Source: an uncultured Lentisphaerales bacterium
Lineage (GTDB): Bacteria > Verrucomicrobiota > Lentisphaeria > JABSQK01 > UBA12247
Direction of reading: 5' to 3'
DNA: 64,000 nt
NCBI GenBank assembly: GCA_943788985.1
Contig: CALSSJ010000012.1
Location: forward strand, 1-64,000
Every line of letters begins with the position of its first letter. Positions within the stretch are counted from its first letter, which is position 1. This document shows, piece after piece, positions 51,417 to 61,321 of the stretch. The notes below the pieces were generated by a model that made no database searches, was not told the DNA's origin, and saw nothing but the letters and a program-made list of their open reading frames with translations. A program made the translations under genes and the position numbers.

Positions 51417-51462
51417 GTTCAACGGTTTCTTATCAGCGTCTTCACGGATGGCACCTGCAACA
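51417..51462 (-). repeat. Eroded attC-like site
   Basis: Minus strand GTTGCAGGTG-CCATCCGTGAAGA-CGCTGATAA-GAAACC-GTTGAAC; R' fits GTTRRRY. Confidence 0.4.
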
Positions 51463-51469
51463 GGCTCTT

Positions 51470-52345
51470 CTATTTCGTCGAATCCCACATCGTATCCAGA
51501 AATGCACTAGGGCCAACAGCAGGGTAGCTGCCGTCCGACTTCGTTGCGGTATCCTGAAAGCTGAGCGCTTCGCCATGGCCATCGGCCAGCAGGAAGTTTG
51601 CGCGCAGGCCGCCGTAGTGGTTGGCTTTGACCGTTGCCAGCCCGGTCGTGTAGTAATTCCGCCAAGTAGTCGGCTCTATCACCGAACGCTTCCAGTAGCC
51701 CAGCATATTGTCAGCAATGTTTCTCCCCTCGGCGATGACGATCGCAGACTCGGGCGTCCCGATCCCGTGCAGTGTGCGCGAGTGGTCCCGCCCGGATACT
51801 CCTTTGTAGGCCGAGGGGTTTATGAAGCCTGGCCCATAGGGCCCGGAGTGTGAAAGGCTATAGGAGCGTGGAATGGTGCGCATCGTCCCATAGAAAAGCT
51901 CATCAGGCTTGCGATATGATGCGCAGAGATAGAGCTCCTGGTACCCGAAGAGATCGTAGCTTAATGCCGCGGCTTTCATTGTGTTACCATTGAATTGGTT
52001 GGTGCCCTGAGGCAGAGCGGGCCGGTCGTCGTAGCCGCTTATCAGATCATCCCAGCTGATCCCGCCGTAGGGCGATCCCCAACTGTTGTCCCCATTGGTT
52101 GGATAGAAGCTATCGTAGTCGTCTGCATACATGAAAATCGAAAGCCCCAACTGCTTCTGATTATTTAGACAGTCGATCGCTCTGCTATTCGCTCTTGTCT
52201 GGCTCAGGACCGGCAACAGCAACGCGGCCAGGATGGCGATGATTACGATCACCACCAGCAACTCAATCAATGTGAATGCTCGCCCCCAAGGGCGAGGTGA
52301 ATTCACTCGGTGCTCACTGCTGCAAGGTCGCCACGGTCTACACAT
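51470..52345 (-). CDS. Prepilin-type N-terminal cleavage/methylation protein with H-X9-DG motif (DUF1559-like)
   Basis: [48 protein letters not shown]. Confidence 0.88.
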   Translation of the reverse strand: MCRPWRPCSSEHRVNSPRPWGRAFTLIELLVVIVIIAILAALLLPVLSQTRANSRAIDCLNNQKQLGLSIFMYADDYDSFYPTNGDNSWGSPYGGISWDDLISGYDDRPALPQGTNQFNGNTMKAAALSYDLFGYQELYLCASYRKPDELFYGTMRTIPRSYSLSHSGPYGPGFINPSAYKGVSGRDHSRTLHGIGTPESAIVIAEGRNIADNMLGYWKRSVIEPTTWRNYYTTGLATVKANHYGGLRANFLLADGHGEALSFQDTATKSDGSYPAVGPSAFLDTMWDSTK

Positions 52346-52381
52346 GTGGTTTCTCCTTCGTCTCTGCGGGTTTGCAATCAT

Positions 52382-54235
52382 CTATCGTTCTACCAGTTCA
52401 ATGCGTTTGAGAATCGCAGCCCCAGCTGGACTGGAAAAATTAACCTTCCGGTTGGTGCTGGTGTCCGTGAGGGTAATCGCGAAGGTCGTGATCTTCGACC
52501 ATGCAAGAGGGGTGTTGTCGACTTGGTTTCGTCTCTTCTTGCCCTTTACAAAGTCCTTGGTGTCGAGCAGGATGGTCTGAGGCCCATTGCCGCTGATGGT
52601 GCGTTCATAGCGAAACTTGCCGATCGCGTTGTCCAAGGGGTCGTATTGGCCACTGGCATCCAGGCTCATCAGGAGCTCTTGCCCTGGCTTGAACTCTAGG
52701 GTAATAGCGAGCTTCTTTTCAGGGCTTGTGTCGAGCTCTGGATCTTGGAACTTGTAGGTTTGGATCGCACCTTTGCGAGCCTTGCCCCAGTTGGCGATTC
52801 CAGTGGAGAAGTCGTCGATGAGACCCGATTTTGGCAGATGCTTGCAGGCCGTGAGGTCAATGTCTCCAGGAATGTGAGTCCGCTCGTACGAGTTCAACAC
52901 AAAGGTCTTGGTGCTCGCTCTCTCCAGTGGCTGTTCTGCGGGCAAGGTATAGCGACAAAGAGCGAAGGTGTAGAGTGGAAGCTTGGGGTGTACCGGCAAT
53001 TCGGCGTTCCAGGTTCCCGCTTCTTCGCTGGCCTCAGCCCTCTTCCAAAAACGAGTAATCTGATTGGGCCTATAGCTGTAATAAATCTCAACGTCCGCAA
53101 GGCGCTCCTGCTGGGCGGGCGTCACGCTGAAGTGGGCGCTGTTCTTGTCGATATGAAACGTCGAAGGTGGGGTGGCCGGGATGTTCTGCTCAACACCGGC
53201 GAGGTGTTGCTTGAACCATTGATTGAGCATGACCCACTGCTCAGGTCCCGGGCGGTGAGCGACATGCATATTGCTACTCACACGCCAGTTGTCATGAGGG
53301 AGCAAGTCCACGGACTGGTAGATCCGGTCGAAGGTGGCGTATTGGTCATTGGATGAACTGATGAACATGACGGGCACGCTGACGTGCTTCCAGTAAGCAC
53401 CGGGGTCGATGGTCTTCTTGAGGAGCGTGAGATCTCCCACTTCGTGGGTGTCAGCGCCGGCATCCATGCCGTCGTAGTTCTGGTAGCGGTTGGTCGTGCC
53501 GCCGATAAAGGGAGCCACAGCCTTGAGTCGCTTGTCGATGGCCGTCATCACAGTGATCACGCCCCCCATGGAGTAGCCGGCGAAACCAAGTTTCTCGGGG
53601 TCAACCTCCGGCCGCTGCTCCAGGAACGTCAGCGCGCGACGCCCTGCCAGAGAGAGTATGAACCAGGCCGAGTTGCGCGGGCTCAGGATGGGGTCCACAC
53701 TGTGCTCATCGGGGAGCAGGCTGTATTTGAACTCGTCGCGCAGGGCATAGGGGTAAAAGCCTCCAGCATGGGTTGGATCGACCTTTCCCCAGTTCGTGCC
53801 CCAGCTATTGCCAGGGTCCAGCTCCATCTCGAGCGGGCGTCCCAGCCAGTTGATATCCAGAGTGGCAAAGCCCTGGGTGGCAAAGTAATGGCCGCGACTG
53901 CGCTGGGCGCGCTGGGTACCGCCATGGCTCCAGACAAAGGCGGGATTCTGTTTGCCGTTGTCGGGAAAACAGTAGTACGCGGCAAGGCGGGCATCGCTGC
54001 CTTTGAACGTGCCCACGGTAAAACTAATCAGCCGGGAGATCACGCCATCCTGTTTCCACTCCTTATGGGTCTTGACCGCGAGATCTTCCCTACGCGGATC
54101 GTAGTCTTTCCACAGGTCAATCGCAGCCTGCGGGACCTGAGCGGCATCGGTATACGGCGTGAGGCTGTCCTCTTGTGCCGAGGCAGCAAACGACGTCGCC
54201 AGCAAACCTGCCAAAATGAGTACGCAGTTCGGCAT
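52382..54235 (-). CDS. Secreted alpha/beta-hydrolase (dienelactone hydrolase/acetylxylan esterase-like) with a C-terminal beta-sandwich-like region
   Basis: Start MPNCVL at 54235 (ATGA overlap with the upstream stop); VWSHGG, RPEVDPEKLGFAGYSMGG, SSSNDQ. Confidence 0.78.
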   Translation of the reverse strand: MPNCVLILAGLLATSFAASAQEDSLTPYTDAAQVPQAAIDLWKDYDPRREDLAVKTHKEWKQDGVISRLISFTVGTFKGSDARLAAYYCFPDNGKQNPAFVWSHGGTQRAQRSRGHYFATQGFATLDINWLGRPLEMELDPGNSWGTNWGKVDPTHAGGFYPYALRDEFKYSLLPDEHSVDPILSPRNSAWFILSLAGRRALTFLEQRPEVDPEKLGFAGYSMGGVITVMTAIDKRLKAVAPFIGGTTNRYQNYDGMDAGADTHEVGDLTLLKKTIDPGAYWKHVSVPVMFISSSNDQYATFDRIYQSVDLLPHDNWRVSSNMHVAHRPGPEQWVMLNQWFKQHLAGVEQNIPATPPSTFHIDKNSAHFSVTPAQQERLADVEIYYSYRPNQITRFWKRAEASEEAGTWNAELPVHPKLPLYTFALCRYTLPAEQPLERASTKTFVLNSYERTHIPGDIDLTACKHLPKSGLIDDFSTGIANWGKARKGAIQTYKFQDPELDTSPEKKLAITLEFKPGQELLMSLDASGQYDPLDNAIGKFRYERTISGNGPQTILLDTKDFVKGKKRRNQVDNTPLAWSKITTFAITLTDTSTNRKVNFSSPAGAAILKRIELVER

Positions 54236-56658
54236 CAGGGAACCTTCAGTTCGGCAAGTTTCAGCTGGTGCGAGAATAGCTTTTCCCCCTTGGAATTGAT
54301 GGCGGACAGCTGGAGGCTTGCTGAGGCCCAATCGATCTCTATCAGCCCGGCATTCAGGTCCCAGCTTGCTTGCCCAACTCGATATGAATTGGGGGCCTCT
54401 GCCCAGCGTCTGCTGGTATGCGACATGCCACTGGAGGTGAAATCGTAGAGCGGGTAGCCGTCGATTTCCTTTCTGGAAAGCTCCGAAAAGTGGACATCGC
54501 CGGAGATGGCGAATGTGTGGTGGGCCTTGTGCTTTTTGAGAAGTTGGATGAGACGTGCTTGTTCGTGCGGGACATTGCCCCAATTTTCCATGCCTTTCTC
54601 TTGTGCCAGCACTTGGATGCTGCTGGCAATGATGCGGATGTCGGCCGGAACCTGTAGCTGCTGCTCCAACCATCGCCACTGTGCCTCACCAAGCAGCGTT
54701 TTCGTGCGATCGTCTGTCGGCGCATACCAGCCGACACAGCCCTTCTTTGGTTTGCCTTTGGCGCGTGGCAGTTCGTCTCGGAAGTATCGGGTATCCAAGA
54801 GGAGGATTTGGCACCGTTGCCCCGTTGGGCCAAAGACATACGAGCCGTAAACGCCCTCCCGCTGGCGCCGCGGCGAGTCCTGCGCGTCTTTGAAGAAATC
54901 CAGGAAGATCTCTGCGGACTCCTTGCGCTTGGTGTAGGATCTGCCGCCGTCGTTGATGCCAAAGTCGTGATCGTCCCAGGTCGCGAGTAGTGTGCTGGAC
55001 GCACGCAGGGTACGAAAGCCCTCTATGGCCTCGAGCTTGGACCATTTCCGCTTCAAGAGCTCCATATCGTGTGTGTCGCCGTAGATGTTGTCTCCCACAA
55101 AGACGAAGACGTCCGGATCGTGTACGAGGATGCCGTCGAAGATGGCAAACTTCCGCGCCCTTGGATTGAAGCAAGAGCCAAATGCGATCTTGCTAATTGC
55201 CGTTTCGTAGTTGAAATCAGCCTCGTTTTTCCCCTCCGGCTTCGCCTTGGGCTTCCCTGTCACCGTTCGGTCCCACGGGTTCTCTGCTCGCGGCTCGTAG
55301 AACGGCCGGGCATCGTTGTTGGGGAGAGAGTCGACAACTGCTTGGAATTTCCGCACCGCGGCTTTGTGTGCAGCACGGTCCGACTTGAGCAGGTTGGTCT
55401 CTTCTCTTGGGTCTTCCTGCAGATCATGCAGACGCTCGATCTGCTTCGATTCAGAAACCCACACCTTGTAGCGCTTGTCGCGAAGCACGCGGGGAGCAAA
55501 ATCTTTCCGTCCCCGAACCCCCTTGTCATCAAGTTTTCCGGAACGAGAGCTCAGGGCCATGATCCACTCGCGCGGTGAATCGTTCTCTTTCCCAAGGATC
55601 AGCGGAGCAATGGACGTTCCGTCGACGATGAGATCCTCCGGTACCTGCCCGCCACCCAGTTCGACAAAGGTCGGCAGCATATTGGACAAATCGGTCAGTG
55701 CATCGGTTTCAACACCGGCGGGAACCAGGCCGGGGCCGTTGACGATAAACGGGGCATTCACCCCGGCTTCGCTATGCGATCCCTTTCCACCTATGACTGT
55801 CCGCCCGTTGCGTGTGCCCGTGATCTTCTTGTCGGTTCCATTATCAGAGGTAAAGATGATGATGGTGCGCTTGCGGATTCCCAGCTCGTCCAGCTCGCCG
55901 ACCAACTGCCCAACTGCTTTGTCCACGTAGAGGAGCATGGCCTTAAACCTGTCAGTACGCGTCTCTGCGTTTGGCCGGTCCGGGGTCGTCACGAAAGGGG
56001 CGTGCAGCAAGGGCATCGGGTAATAGAGGCACATCGGCTCGTCCTTGTGTGCGCGCATGAACGTGATCAAGCGATCGGTGTACATGTCAGGGCCGAATTT
56101 GCCAGCATAGGTGCGGCTGCCCTCGTCGGGGGTGTTGATGTAGGGATCCTGATAGCGATTGTCGCTCGGCGGGTTGCCGGTCTCATAGCCGGTCCACATG
56201 GCCCAGTCATCGAAGCCGTGTTTCCTTAGCGCCTGTGGCTCGAGCCGGAAGTCATTGATCTGCCATTTTCCGGCCGCGCAGGTCGCGTAGCCCAGTTCCT
56301 TCATCAGGCGGGAAAAGGTGGTGTTCTCTTTCTTTTTCCAATCAAAATATCCGACTCCCCAGCGTGGCACATCCCAATGGCTTGCCCAACCAGTACGGAA
56401 GGGATACTTGCCGGTCAGCAGCGTCGTACGCGACGGTGTGCATGATCCCATTGAGTAGGCATTGTGAAACGTCATTCCGCCCGCTGCGAGCGCGTCAATG
56501 TTCGGGGTCTGGATATCTTCTGCGCCATAGCAGCTGAGCCATTCCTTCCCCAGATCATCCACCATGATGTAGAGAATATTCGGTTGCGCAGTGGCCGGCT
56601 CAGCTGCCATGAGCGGGATGGCCATGCTGACACAAATGGCTGCAAACAGAACCTTCAT
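54235..56658 (-). CDS. Sulfatase + PhoD-like alkaline phosphatase fusion
   Basis: PNILYIMVDDLG..CTPSRTTLLTGKY..FTSDNG; then IAFGSC, VGDNIYGD, TWDDHDFG, LLDTRYFRD, LLGEAQWRWLE, ISGDVH. Start could be 56658 or 56706. Confidence 0.9.
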   Translation of the reverse strand: MKVLFAAICVSMAIPLMAAEPATAQPNILYIMVDDLGKEWLSCYGAEDIQTPNIDALAAGGMTFHNAYSMGSCTPSRTTLLTGKYPFRTGWASHWDVPRWGVGYFDWKKKENTTFSRLMKELGYATCAAGKWQINDFRLEPQALRKHGFDDWAMWTGYETGNPPSDNRYQDPYINTPDEGSRTYAGKFGPDMYTDRLITFMRAHKDEPMCLYYPMPLLHAPFVTTPDRPNAETRTDRFKAMLLYVDKAVGQLVGELDELGIRKRTIIIFTSDNGTDKKITGTRNGRTVIGGKGSHSEAGVNAPFIVNGPGLVPAGVETDALTDLSNMLPTFVELGGGQVPEDLIVDGTSIAPLILGKENDSPREWIMALSSRSGKLDDKGVRGRKDFAPRVLRDKRYKVWVSESKQIERLHDLQEDPREETNLLKSDRAAHKAAVRKFQAVVDSLPNNDARPFYEPRAENPWDRTVTGKPKAKPEGKNEADFNYETAISKIAFGSCFNPRARKFAIFDGILVHDPDVFVFVGDNIYGDTHDMELLKRKWSKLEAIEGFRTLRASSTLLATWDDHDFGINDGGRSYTKRKESAEIFLDFFKDAQDSPRRQREGVYGSYVFGPTGQRCQILLLDTRYFRDELPRAKGKPKKGCVGWYAPTDDRTKTLLGEAQWRWLEQQLQVPADIRIIASSIQVLAQEKGMENWGNVPHEQARLIQLLKKHKAHHTFAISGDVHFSELSRKEIDGYPLYDFTSSGMSHTSRRWAEAPNSYRVGQASWDLNAGLIEIDWASASLQLSAINSKGEKLFSHQLKLAELKVP

Positions 56659-56782
56659 GAATGGCCTGCGGCGAAACTGTCCTGAATAAGACACAGGATT
56701 ACACATCTGGTTATTCCTTCGGTTTTTTAATTTCACTGGTTACCTGCGTGCTTCCTCTTCCAAAGCACAGTGCCATTCCGCC

Positions 56783-57514
56783 CTATTTTGTGGCATCCCA
56801 CAAACTGCCGCCAACCCGCCAACTGCTGTACCCAGGAGCGAGTGTTTCTTCGAACTCCAATCCTTCAACATGGCCATCGGCCAGAAGGTAGTTCTGTTTG
56901 GAAAGGCCGTGCATTCCATTTCCAGCATTTAATGTGTAGGCAAGCACGTCTGTAGCCCTCTGAGCGTTATAATTCCACCGCCCTAACCTGGGATAGCCCC
57001 CGCGAGTAAATTCACAAAGCATGATCGTTGCATCAGTCTCCCTTATGCTGCCAATCTTCATCGAATATCCGACCCTCATAACCCCCATTCCGGAGTGATG
57101 ATCATTGTTCACATTCATCGTGTACGTACGGTCTACCACACTACTGCTTGATGGATCACTGTCATTGGGGCAAATGTATAATTGACCATAATCGTCCCCA
57201 TAAGTACTCTTAAGAAGGCCATTCGCAGCTCTTTCACTTGGCTCTAATGGCTTACGGCCGTCGTAACCGGAAAGATTATCATCCCAGCTCCCGGACGTGT
57301 GCCCCGAAGAGTACCCTATCGGGATATGGTCTTCAAAATCAGCTGCATAAAGAGCTACGGATAAGCCCAGCTGATCGAGGTTATTCATGCAAAAGGCTTC
57401 TCTCGCTTTCTCGCGTGATTTGCTCAGGGCGGGCAGGAGTAAGCTCGCCAGGATGGCAATGATCGTGATGACCACCAATAATTCAATCAGTGTGAATGCG
57501 TGATGCTTCCTCAT
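56783..57514 (-). CDS. Prepilin-type N-terminal cleavage/methylation protein with H-X9-DG motif
   Basis: [51 protein letters not shown]. Confidence 0.9.
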   Translation of the reverse strand: MRKHHAFTLIELLVVITIIAILASLLLPALSKSREKAREAFCMNNLDQLGLSVALYAADFEDHIPIGYSSGHTSGSWDDNLSGYDGRKPLEPSERAANGLLKSTYGDDYGQLYICPNDSDPSSSSVVDRTYTMNVNNDHHSGMGVMRVGYSMKIGSIRETDATIMLCEFTRGGYPRLGRWNYNAQRATDVLAYTLNAGNGMHGLSKQNYLLADGHVEGLEFEETLAPGYSSWRVGGSLWDATK

Positions 57515-57541
57515 ACAATGCCTCCTTGCTTGCTTAAACTG

Positions 57542-59185
57542 TTAGAGCTTCTTGTGATTGTCTGGCAGATTCAACAGCAGCTCTGGGGTATCCTTGCTCC
57601 AGTAATGCAGACCGAGGGCGTCGTAGCGCTTCAGCTGGAATGGGATGAGTACTTGCTTACGATAGTCAGGCCAGCTCAGAATGCTCGGGGCTTCGAGTTT
57701 TCCGCCCCGCCAGATCCGCTCGGAGAAGCTTGCCAGCCGGGGATAGGTGCGGTCGCCGAAAATCTGCATGGTTGGAATTTTCTCGCTCCAGGTGCAGGCA
57801 ATCGCACCGAGTGCCAGCTTGCGGGTGTGTTCCGTCTTGCCAAGCATGTCGCCAAAGGGGTCCCAGTTATAGACTTCAGCCGCTGAAAGGGGCTTCGCCC
57901 AGCCGCCTCTCAGATTCTTCATATCGAAATAGTTCCAATAGGCCGGGGAAAGAATGAAGGGCTGCTGCCGCTGGTTCAGTTCTTCATCAACCGTGTGCTT
58001 GATTCGCTTCCACCAGTATTTCTTGCCATAGCGCCACCACTGCACCACCGACTCTTTGTCATCGAAGCCATGCATGAAGATGTCGTCCCAAACAATCGGC
58101 GTCTTCTTCAGCTCTTCCTTGATGAAGGTCGTAATATCTGTCACAAAGTCGAGCAACTCAGCATCTGTGTACAATTCTGCTTTGGCTCCGTAATTCACCT
58201 CATCAAAGCCGATGTGGATGTACTCGGAATCAAACAGGTCGTTGATCTCGGTCAGCACTGTTTTGCAGAAGTCGCGCGCCTGTGCATCGCCGCGAAGGGC
58301 GAAGCGTTTCTCCTTCACGTCCTTGGGATGGTTTAATTCAGGGTAGGCTCGGATGGCCGCCCCCATATGACCGGGCATGTCAATCTCAGGAAAAATCGAG
58401 ATATAGCGGCTGTTGGCATAGGCCACGATCTCTCTTACCTCATCCTGGGTCAGGAATGTCGCCGGGGCCTCGGGGTCGGTTTTGTTACCGATTGCACCAA
58501 TGGTTGTCAGCTTTGGGTAGGCCTTGATCTCAATCCGCCAGCCTTGCGTATCGGTCGCGTGGAGGTGCATCGTATTGAGTTTGTGCATCGCCATGCTGTC
58601 GATGATGGTGAACAGTTCCTCTTTGGTTCTGAAATGGCGGGAAATGTCCACGTGCAGGCCGCGCATCTTCAGGGACGGCTTATCGTTGATCACAAGCCCA
58701 GGCACTTTCAGGTCAAGCCCTGCTTGGACGGTATCGCCGTAGACGGCGGGCGGCAGCAACTGCAGCAATGACTGCACGCCATAGAACAGGCCGCGCTCGG
58801 TCTTCGCAGCAATGGTGATGGTGTCGTCGCTGCTTTCGAGGCGATAGGCATCGTGTTCGCTGAACGACACGGCGTCAGCGGACACGGACAACACGATGGC
58901 AGCACCGCTCGCGCTCCCTTTTCTGCTGAGAGTCAGACCACAGCTCTTGCGCAGCCGCTGCTGGAGATAGGACGCGCACGCCTTGGTTTCTGCGGCTCGC
59001 CCGACAATGACGGTCTTTTCGGTGATGACAAAGGGATCTCCCCCCTTGGCTTTCACCTCATAGGGCATCGGCACAATGCCAAAGCCGTTTTCCGGGGTTC
59101 TTAGTTCTGCGGCTGCCGTGATGGCCAGGAAGCAGAGGCCAGCTCCCATGATGCTGGCAAATGTGTTCGTTGAGTCGCGATTCAC
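57542..59185 (-). CDS. GH20 beta-N-acetylhexosaminidase (divergent from the other two)
   Basis: DKPSLKMRGLHVDISRHF, HLHATDTQGWR, PEIDMPGH, HIGFDE, ACTWSE, YPRL. Confidence 0.9.
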   Translation of the reverse strand: MNRDSTNTFASIMGAGLCFLAITAAAELRTPENGFGIVPMPYEVKAKGGDPFVITEKTVIVGRAAETKACASYLQQRLRKSCGLTLSRKGSASGAAIVLSVSADAVSFSEHDAYRLESSDDTITIAAKTERGLFYGVQSLLQLLPPAVYGDTVQAGLDLKVPGLVINDKPSLKMRGLHVDISRHFRTKEELFTIIDSMAMHKLNTMHLHATDTQGWRIEIKAYPKLTTIGAIGNKTDPEAPATFLTQDEVREIVAYANSRYISIFPEIDMPGHMGAAIRAYPELNHPKDVKEKRFALRGDAQARDFCKTVLTEINDLFDSEYIHIGFDEVNYGAKAELYTDAELLDFVTDITTFIKEELKKTPIVWDDIFMHGFDDKESVVQWWRYGKKYWWKRIKHTVDEELNQRQQPFILSPAYWNYFDMKNLRGGWAKPLSAAEVYNWDPFGDMLGKTEHTRKLALGAIACTWSEKIPTMQIFGDRTYPRLASFSERIWRGGKLEAPSILSWPDYRKQVLIPFQLKRYDALGLHYWSKDTPELLLNLPDNHKKL

Positions 59186-59348
59186 GTGATTTCTCCGTTG
59201 TGGTTAATTTTATTTTTTGGGGTTAAGCGACCAAGACGCGGCGTTCGCCTGCGTCAAGATCGCCCCCATGCAGTATGGCCCTTGCGGTGTAGCACAACTT
59301 CAGCTGTGCCCCATACGGTATGGCGTGGGGCGGTCATTTCCTGTAGCA

Positions 59349-61241
59349 TTATTCACTCTCATGGCTGTGGTTCCGTTTGAACCATACAAAATAGAGCGCG
59401 ATGGAGGAGGCTATGGTTACCAGCGCAAACAGCAGGCAGGCTTTGGTTTCTCCATAGACAAAATAGCCAGTCGCAAACAGGAAGCTGTACACGGCGGCGC
59501 ACCCGAGGCTCATGGCAAGCACGCCCTGGCCCAGGTTGATCCTGCCTTCCGCTGGCTGAATGGGCTGGCCTTCTGCCTCGGCGGCAGCCTTGACTTGGTC
59601 CCAGCCTTTTCCAGCTGGATTGATCGTTTGGACAAAGGTCCGGAGGGTCTCCGGATCCGAGGGCTTTGTCACCAGAGTCACCAGAATCCAGGCAATCGTG
59701 GTCAGGAAAACCCCGAGCACCAGCTGCCCCTGGCCATCGATCACAATCGCATCCGTGACGCGGATGAACTCGTACCCGCCTACCGTAAACGCCCAGTCTT
59801 TCGGCGCGTCTGCGAACAACTTGAACCGCGGCAGAAAATAGAAAACCAGGGCGACGACAAACGAAGCGACCATGGCCGTGATCTCTGAATACGCATTGAT
59901 ACGCCACCAGAACCAGCGCAAAATAAAGAGCAAGCCAGTTCCGGCTCCGATCTGGAGAATGAGGCTGAAGTTTTTCGCTGCATCTTCCATAAACAGGGCC
60001 ACCGTCCCCGCAATGACCATGAGCAGAACCGTGGACAGCCGCCCTACCCAGACCAGCTCTTTTTGAGAAGCCGACGGTTTCAAGAACCGCAGGTAAAAGT
60101 CATTCACGATATAGGAAGAGCCCCAGTTCAGGTGCGTGGAGATGGTCGACATATAGGCGGCGATCAATGACGTAAGCACCAGCCCCATCCAGCCAGCGGG
60201 GAGGAACGTCAGCATGGCGGAGTACGCGGAATCATTGCCCACATTTTCGGCCTGAGGGAACGCGGCCTTAATCGAATCCAAATCCGGATAAACCAGCAGC
60301 GAGCACAAGGCCACAATGATCCAAGGCCAAGGGCGCAGGGCATAATGCGCGGCGTTGAAAAACAGGGTGGCACCGACGGCATGCTTCTCATCTTTTGCCG
60401 CCAGCATCCGCTGCGCCAGATAGCCGCCCCCACCGGGCTCGGCCCCGGGATACCATACCGACCACCATTGCACCGCCAGCGGGATGATGAACCAGCCGAT
60501 ATACACCGCGGGATCGGAAGCCGAGGGAAAGATGCTGAGCTTATCCGCCATCCCGTTCGCTTCCAGCTTCTCGACCATGCCCGCCATGCCGCCGACTGAC
60601 TCGTGCCCCAAGGCATAATACGCCGCTGCAAACGCGCCGACCATCGCCATGATAAACAATAGGAAGTCCGTCAAAAGAACCCCTTTGAATCCTCCCATGG
60701 AACTGAAAATCACGGTCACCGCAGCCGCGTAGACGATACATTCCCAGGGCTTCAAACCCAGCATGACCCCGCCGATCTTGATCGCGGCAAGGGACACAGA
60801 GGCCATAATGATGACGTTGAAGAAGACGCCCAAGTAGATCGCGCGAAACCCGCGTAGAAATGCCGCTTCCTTGCCGGAATACCGAAGTTCATAAAACTCA
60901 ATGTCTGTCGTGACGCCGGAGCGCCGCCAGAGCTTGGCATAGACAAACACGGTCAACATGCCGGTTAACAAGAATGACCACCACATCCAGTTCGAAGCCA
61001 CCCCGTGCTCGCGCACAATATTCGTGACAAAGTTCGGCGTGTCCGTGGAAAAGGTTGTTGCCACCATGGAAAAGCCAAGAAGCCACCAGGGCATCGAACG
61101 GCCTCCAAGGAAGAAATCGGATTCCGATTTCCCTGCTTGTCGGGAGGTGTAGACCCCGATACCCAAGGCGATGACAAAGAAGCCAAGGATGATCGCCCAG
61201 TCAATCGTTTGAAGGTTAATCGTTGCGATAATCGGGGTCAT
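59349..61241 (-). CDS. Sodium:solute symporter (SSS) family transporter
   Basis: DFFLGGRSMPWW, SMVATTFSTDTP, GYLAQRMLAAKDE, AAYMSTISTHLNWG; many transmembrane segments. Confidence 0.93.
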   Translation of the reverse strand: MTPIIATINLQTIDWAIILGFFVIALGIGVYTSRQAGKSESDFFLGGRSMPWWLLGFSMVATTFSTDTPNFVTNIVREHGVASNWMWWSFLLTGMLTVFVYAKLWRRSGVTTDIEFYELRYSGKEAAFLRGFRAIYLGVFFNVIIMASVSLAAIKIGGVMLGLKPWECIVYAAAVTVIFSSMGGFKGVLLTDFLLFIMAMVGAFAAAYYALGHESVGGMAGMVEKLEANGMADKLSIFPSASDPAVYIGWFIIPLAVQWWSVWYPGAEPGGGGYLAQRMLAAKDEKHAVGATLFFNAAHYALRPWPWIIVALCSLLVYPDLDSIKAAFPQAENVGNDSAYSAMLTFLPAGWMGLVLTSLIAAYMSTISTHLNWGSSYIVNDFYLRFLKPSASQKELVWVGRLSTVLLMVIAGTVALFMEDAAKNFSLILQIGAGTGLLFILRWFWWRINAYSEITAMVASFVVALVFYFLPRFKLFADAPKDWAFTVGGYEFIRVTDAIVIDGQGQLVLGVFLTTIAWILVTLVTKPSDPETLRTFVQTINPAGKGWDQVKAAAEAEGQPIQPAEGRINLGQGVLAMSLGCAAVYSFLFATGYFVYGETKACLLFALVTIASSIALYFVWFKRNHSHESE

Positions 61242-61321
61242 AAACTGGTCCTTTGATTCTTCAGGGTACTTGTATAAAGACTCATCGCTTCACGTCTGCT
61301 CGGGTCAGTAGCTCGGTCATT

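Noticed and set aside
59221..59256. GACGCAGGCG..GCCGCGTCTTG resemblance to the junction repeat
   Set aside because: Neither R box is recognisable; it could be a chance match.
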